DNA of 64,000 bases, from positions 11,539 through 75,538 of the forward strand of contig CAJTXH010000001.1 of NCBI GenBank assembly GCA_910580005.1, written 5' to 3'. Shown here piece by piece: positions 59,996-64,000 of this stretch (the first letter of the stretch is position 1; each line of letters begins with the position of its first letter). The notes under the pieces are model-generated. The model saw only the letters and a program-made list of their open reading frames with translations. It was not told the DNA's origin and ran no database searches. The position numbers were made by a program, and so were the translations under genes. Source of the stretch: an uncultured Lachnospiraceae bacterium (lineage in GTDB: Bacteria > Bacillota > Clostridia > Lachnospirales > Lachnospiraceae).

Positions 59996-61147
59996 TTGAA
60001 GAAAAAATGGCTATATTCCATAACATTAATTGTAGTAATAGTTATAGCAGTGACAGCTTGTAAACTTATATTTTTTAAAGAACCAGAAAAGAGTACAATA
60101 CAACAAAACCAAAAAGAAATAAAACAGGAAGAAAAAGAAACAAAGCAGAAAGATATAACAGAATCAAATGAAGAAACATTAAAAGAAAAAGGATATTTAT
60201 CAATAACATATACATGCAGCGACCCATCTGTAAAGACAGGCAGGATGATGAATTTTTATACTTATGATTTAGAATCTGGAAAACTGGATAACAGGGCGCA
60301 GATACCTTTTGATTCCCAATATGCATTAGGTGTTATAAGCCTGTCTGACCAGAAGATTTTTTATAGTGGTGCAGCAAAGAAGAAAAAAGGAGGCGTCAGA
60401 CAATCTTCTGACCATTTGTGCCAATATGATTTATTAAATGGAAAGACCAGTGAATTAGAACAAGAAAATTGTGCTTATAATGATATTGTTCCAATAGGGA
60501 ATGGGAAATTGCTGGTAACAGCTATCCCTGTCCATGCTATAGGAACAGGAATATTTGATTTAAATACAAAAAAATTTTCTTATTTATATGAACAATCCAA
60601 AAATGAAGATGGTTATATAGATTTTCCTTATACCACCAGACCAGTTAAATTAAACTATAATTATAATTATAAAACATTTATTAATACTTATGTACTTGAG
60701 AAACATTTATATAGTTATGGTGTAAGGTCTGGAAAAAAGCCTTTAAAGTATCGTATAGCTTTAGTTGATAATGAGCTTAATATAAAAAATGAATGTATAT
60801 TTAATCTCTCTCTTTTTTATGGTGATATAGGCGCAGTTGCCCAGACATCTTCAGATAGCGCTATTTTAATCTTATATTTAGAAAATAGTATGAAACAAGA
60901 GTTTTATAAAGTGGATTTTTCTAAGCAAACGTGTAAAAAAATGAAATCTCCATTTTCCGGTATGTCTTATATATATAGTCTTATTACAATAGATGATGGA
61001 AAAAGTTATTATATAAAAGGTATACATAAAGATGGCAGGTCAGGTCTTTTTTATTATGATTGTTCTAATGATAAGGCAACGCCAATTTTATTAGATGATT
61101 CTGAAAAAGAAAACCATATAGTTAATTTTTGCTTTGTAGCCAATTAA
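59996..61147 (+). CDS. Lipoprotein with beta-propeller-like repeats
   Basis: GGGAGG SD with TTG start; MKKK...VTAC lipobox; repeated YDLxxGK / FDLxxKK / YDCxxDK blade-like motifs. Confidence 0.75.
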   Translation: MKKKWLYSITLIVVIVIAVTACKLIFFKEPEKSTIQQNQKEIKQEEKETKQKDITESNEETLKEKGYLSITYTCSDPSVKTGRMMNFYTYDLESGKLDNRAQIPFDSQYALGVISLSDQKIFYSGAAKKKKGGVRQSSDHLCQYDLLNGKTSELEQENCAYNDIVPIGNGKLLVTAIPVHAIGTGIFDLNTKKFSYLYEQSKNEDGYIDFPYTTRPVKLNYNYNYKTFINTYVLEKHLYSYGVRSGKKPLKYRIALVDNELNIKNECIFNLSLFYGDIGAVAQTSSDSAILILYLENSMKQEFYKVDFSKQTCKKMKSPFSGMSYIYSLITIDDGKSYYIKGIHKDGRSGLFYYDCSNDKATPILLDDSEKENHIVNFCFVAN

Positions 61148-61205
61148 ATTTTTTAGCCCAGATTTGCCATTATAGGCAGGAGATTTTACTTATATGCCAT
61201 ATTAT

Positions 61206-61246
61206 AAAAATGTAGTTCCAGGTATAACGGCTGGAACTACATTTTT
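61206..61246. terminator. Bidirectional terminator
   Basis: AAAAATGTAGTTCCAG / CTGGAACTACATTTTT perfect 16-bp inverted repeat. Confidence 0.82.
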
Positions 61247-61280
61247 TATAATATATATATTAGTTATTTTTTTCAATAAT

Positions 61281-62018
61281 TTAAAAATCTGTAATGTAAT
61301 GGAACATTTCCATAACATTTCCATATGCCCTGTAATCCGCCCTGTCATCACCTGGTGCTTCTTCTGTATTAAGAAGTATTACCTTGTCACCATTATAATA
61401 CTTTATAATATATTTACAAAGAGGAGACCTGATTGATGCCCCAAGGACTATTAATATATTTGCCCTCTCTACAGCACAGCTTGCCTGGGTAATCTTTCCA
61501 TTATCTATCATTTCCCCTAAAAGAGTAAAACCTGGTCTTAATGGCACATTACATACATCACATAAAGGTATATTTTTAGCATTTCTTATATATCCCGAAC
61601 CAAATACTTTCCCACAGGCAGGACAGCGGTTCTGTTCAACTGACCCATGCAGTTCTATAACCTTACTGCATCCTGCTCTTTGGTACAGGGAGTACACCAT
61701 CCTTGTTACAACCATGTCAAGTTTTCCATAACGCTGCAGTTTTGCGACATCTTCATGTACAGAAGTTGGTTTTATTTCATTTTTATTAAGTATTACTTCT
61801 TTATAATAATTATAAAAAATATCTACACGCCTTGAAAAAAATAAAGAGGATATAATATCATCATTTGAGTATCCATATTTCTGCTCTATATCGTATGCAA
61901 TATGTTCAGCCCTTACTCCATTCAGACCTGTTTCCAACATTACATTAATTCCACCCAGTACAACAATATTACTACCATTTTTAATTATGTCCTTAATTGT
62001 TTTAAGATTTTGCTCCAT
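61281..62018 (-). CDS. Degenerate Sir2/CobB-family protein (pseudo-sirtuin)
   Basis: Collinear with CobB and retains ELHGS, CxxC..CxxC, LRP and LGAS, but the GAGxS/PDFR and TQNID motifs are replaced. Confidence 0.8.
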   Translation of the reverse strand: MEQNLKTIKDIIKNGSNIVVLGGINVMLETGLNGVRAEHIAYDIEQKYGYSNDDIISSLFFSRRVDIFYNYYKEVILNKNEIKPTSVHEDVAKLQRYGKLDMVVTRMVYSLYQRAGCSKVIELHGSVEQNRCPACGKVFGSGYIRNAKNIPLCDVCNVPLRPGFTLLGEMIDNGKITQASCAVERANILIVLGASIRSPLCKYIIKYYNGDKVILLNTEEAPGDDRADYRAYGNVMEMFHYITDF

Positions 62019-62096
62019 AGATGGTACCCCCCTCTCATTATCTAAAGTGTTATTGCCACCATAACATTGTACCCTGCCCTGCTATTTTAAATACTA

Positions 62097-62705
62097 TTAT
62101 TTACCAAGATATGCGCAAATACAAGCCACAGTATTATCTATTCCCATTAAATCACTTCTTACAACCAGGTCATAGTTATTAAGGTTAGTCCACTTTTCTC
62201 CAACATGGTAATTATAATAATTTGACCTGCGTTTATCATTTTTAACAATTATATCTGCAACTGATTTTTCATCATCATGATACTGGTTCACTGCCCTGTC
62301 AATCCTGAAACTCATTGCTGCCTGGACAAACACATTGCATACATTTTCATATTCCTTTAAAACATAATCCGCACATCTTCCAACTATTACACAAGCACCT
62401 TCTTCTGCAACCTTTCTGATAACATCAGACTGCGCCAGGAAAATCCTGTCATCAAGCGACAAACCATTAAATCCAAAATCCTGGTTGCCATAAACATTAA
62501 TTCCCATTGCAAGTGAATATAACAAACTATTAGTTGCTTTATCTTCTGCCCTTGCAAAAGTTTCTTCTGCAAAACCACTTTCTTTAGCCGCCCTGGTTAT
62601 AAGCTCATTATCATAAAATGGAATTTTATAATATTCTGCAATCTTTTGTCCTATTTCCCTTCCACCACTCCCATATTGTCTCCCTATAGTTATAACTTTA
62701 TCCAT
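62097..62705 (-). CDS. Cytidylate kinase-like family protein
   Basis: ITIGRQYGSGGREIG and VIVGRCADYVL motifs; GGAGG SD. Confidence 0.88.
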   Translation of the reverse strand: MDKVITIGRQYGSGGREIGQKIAEYYKIPFYDNELITRAAKESGFAEETFARAEDKATNSLLYSLAMGINVYGNQDFGFNGLSLDDRIFLAQSDVIRKVAEEGACVIVGRCADYVLKEYENVCNVFVQAAMSFRIDRAVNQYHDDEKSVADIIVKNDKRRSNYYNYHVGEKWTNLNNYDLVVRSDLMGIDNTVACICAYLGK

Positions 62706-62958
62706 AACAACCCCCTCCTTTATATTTTTCATTTTTATTAAAATAATTAATAAAATAATACATATTTATTACTATACATTATACTCTTTTAATGACATTT
62801 CTACAAGTATAATTCTCAAATTTTGCCAATGTAAAACCCCATTTTCACCAAATCTTAATTACAGTTGTAATAGGATTGTAAGATGCGTATGATATTATTT
62901 ATTTACAATTAAAAAATATTTATTATTTACGCAGAATGCGTGGAAATGGAGTGTGTAT

Positions 62959-63621
62959 ATGGGTATTTTAGAATCAAGAAATTTATGTAAAACATATGGT
63001 TCAGGAGAGAATGAGGTAAAGGCACTAGACCATGTTAATATTAATATAGAAGATGGTGAGTTTGTTTCTATAGTAGGAACATCTGGAAGTGGCAAGTCAA
63101 CATTATTAAATATGCTTGGCGGGCTTGACAGGCCAGACTCAGGCACTGTTAATATATCTGGTAAACCAATTTTTAAAATGCATGATGAAGAACTTACAAT
63201 ATTCCGAAGAAGAAATATAGGCTTTATCTTCCAGAATTACAATCTTGTGCCAGTGCTTAATGTTTATGAAAATATAGTCCTGCCTATAGAGCTTGATGGT
63301 TCTGATGCAGATAAAAATTATGTTGGCAACGTTATTAAAACACTTGGAATAGAACAGAAACTTACAGCAATGCCAAACATGCTTTCAGGAGGACAGCAGC
63401 AAAGAGTTGCAATTGCAAGGGCACTTGCATATAAGCCAGTTATTATCCTTGCAGATGAACCAACAGGAAACCTGGACAGCAAAACAAGCATGGATGTAAT
63501 TTCGCTTCTTAAAGTTACAAGCCGTGAGTTTAACCAGACTATTGTTATGATTACACATAATGAAGAAATTGCACTTATGGCAGACAGGATAATACGCATT
63601 GAAGACGGAAAAGTACAATAA
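62959..63621 (+). CDS. ABC transporter ATP-binding protein (LolD/MacB/BceA-like)
   Basis: GTSGSGKST, FIFQNYNL, LSGGQQQRVAIARAL and ADEPTGNLD motifs. Confidence 0.93.
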   Translation: MGILESRNLCKTYGSGENEVKALDHVNINIEDGEFVSIVGTSGSGKSTLLNMLGGLDRPDSGTVNISGKPIFKMHDEELTIFRRRNIGFIFQNYNLVPVLNVYENIVLPIELDGSDADKNYVGNVIKTLGIEQKLTAMPNMLSGGQQQRVAIARALAYKPVIILADEPTGNLDSKTSMDVISLLKVTSREFNQTIVMITHNEEIALMADRIIRIEDGKVQ

Positions 63622-63647
63622 CTACAAAAGGCAGAACAGGAGGCATT

Positions 63648-64000
63648 ATGTTAAAAAATAATAACCATAAAATTGTTAAAAAAATAAGCAGCCGTACCCT
63701 TAAAAGCAATAAAACCAGAAACATTTTCGTAATACTTGCAATTGTACTTACTACATTTATGTTTACAACGGTATTTGGTATTGGGGCAAGCCTTGTTAAT
63801 AATATAATAACAATGATATTGAGAGAACAAGGGACTAAAAGCACTATTTTCCTTAATAATCCAGTTAACAGCCAGATAGAAAAAGCAAAAAAAGAGAAAT
63901 ACCTTGACGGGTGTGGAATAAAAATCCAGACAGGAATAGCGGAAGATAAAAATACTGGTGCAAAACTGCTTCTGGACTGGTATAGCAAAGATGAATTTGA
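63648..64000 (+). CDS. FtsX-like ABC permease, 5' part (partial)
   Basis: AGGAGG SD; MLKNNNHKIVKKISSRTLKSNKTRNIFVILAIVLTTFMFT..., open to the window end. Confidence 0.85.
   Translation, partial: MLKNNNHKIVKKISSRTLKSNKTRNIFVILAIVLTTFMFTTVFGIGASLVNNIITMILREQGTKSTIFLNNPVNSQIEKAKKEKYLDGCGIKIQTGIAEDKNTGAKLLLDWYSKDEF

Noticed and set aside
61281..62018. Thoeris/DSR-type Sir2 anti-phage NADase
   Set aside because: It is collinear with Zn-binding CobB-type deacylases, lacks NAD-binding motifs, and has no TIR, HerA or Argonaute neighbours.

Overview
AT-rich chromosomal segment from a Clostridia (Lachnospiraceae-like) bacterium, adjacent to oriC. It opens with the conserved origin cluster: rpmH 3' end, rnpA, yidD, yidC, jag, mnmE, mnmG, rsmG, two perfect parS sites and soj/parA-spo0J/parB. 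It continues with housekeeping genes: a small alarmone synthetase, cdd-pdp, tmk-yaaR-holB-ricT-methyltransferase-rsmI, murA, cobQ-cobT-cobU, a heterodimeric ABC exporter, azlCD, queT with a preQ1-I riboswitch, addBA and an ABC/FtsX pair running off the end. I saw no rRNA, tRNA, CRISPR array, transposase or integrase. The most unusual items are: (1) a J-domain (HPD intact) + middle domain + catalytically dead GGDEF protein with an intact RxxD I-site, i.e. a candidate c-di-GMP-sensing DnaK co-chaperone. It apparently starts at an AUA codon overlapped by the stop of an 8-codon uORF and heads an operon containing a large surface protein and tmk-holB. (2) An atypical kinase-TM-LRR receptor paired with a secreted Ig-domain protein. 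(3) A standalone OLD-family ATPase-TOPRIM nuclease with a Cx7Cx2Cx2C insert. (4) A pseudo-sirtuin. (5) An 838-aa exported protein with a C39-like tail. (6) A broken gene fragment plus a lipoprotein directly after addA. All family assignments come from recognising motifs by eye; no database searches were run.
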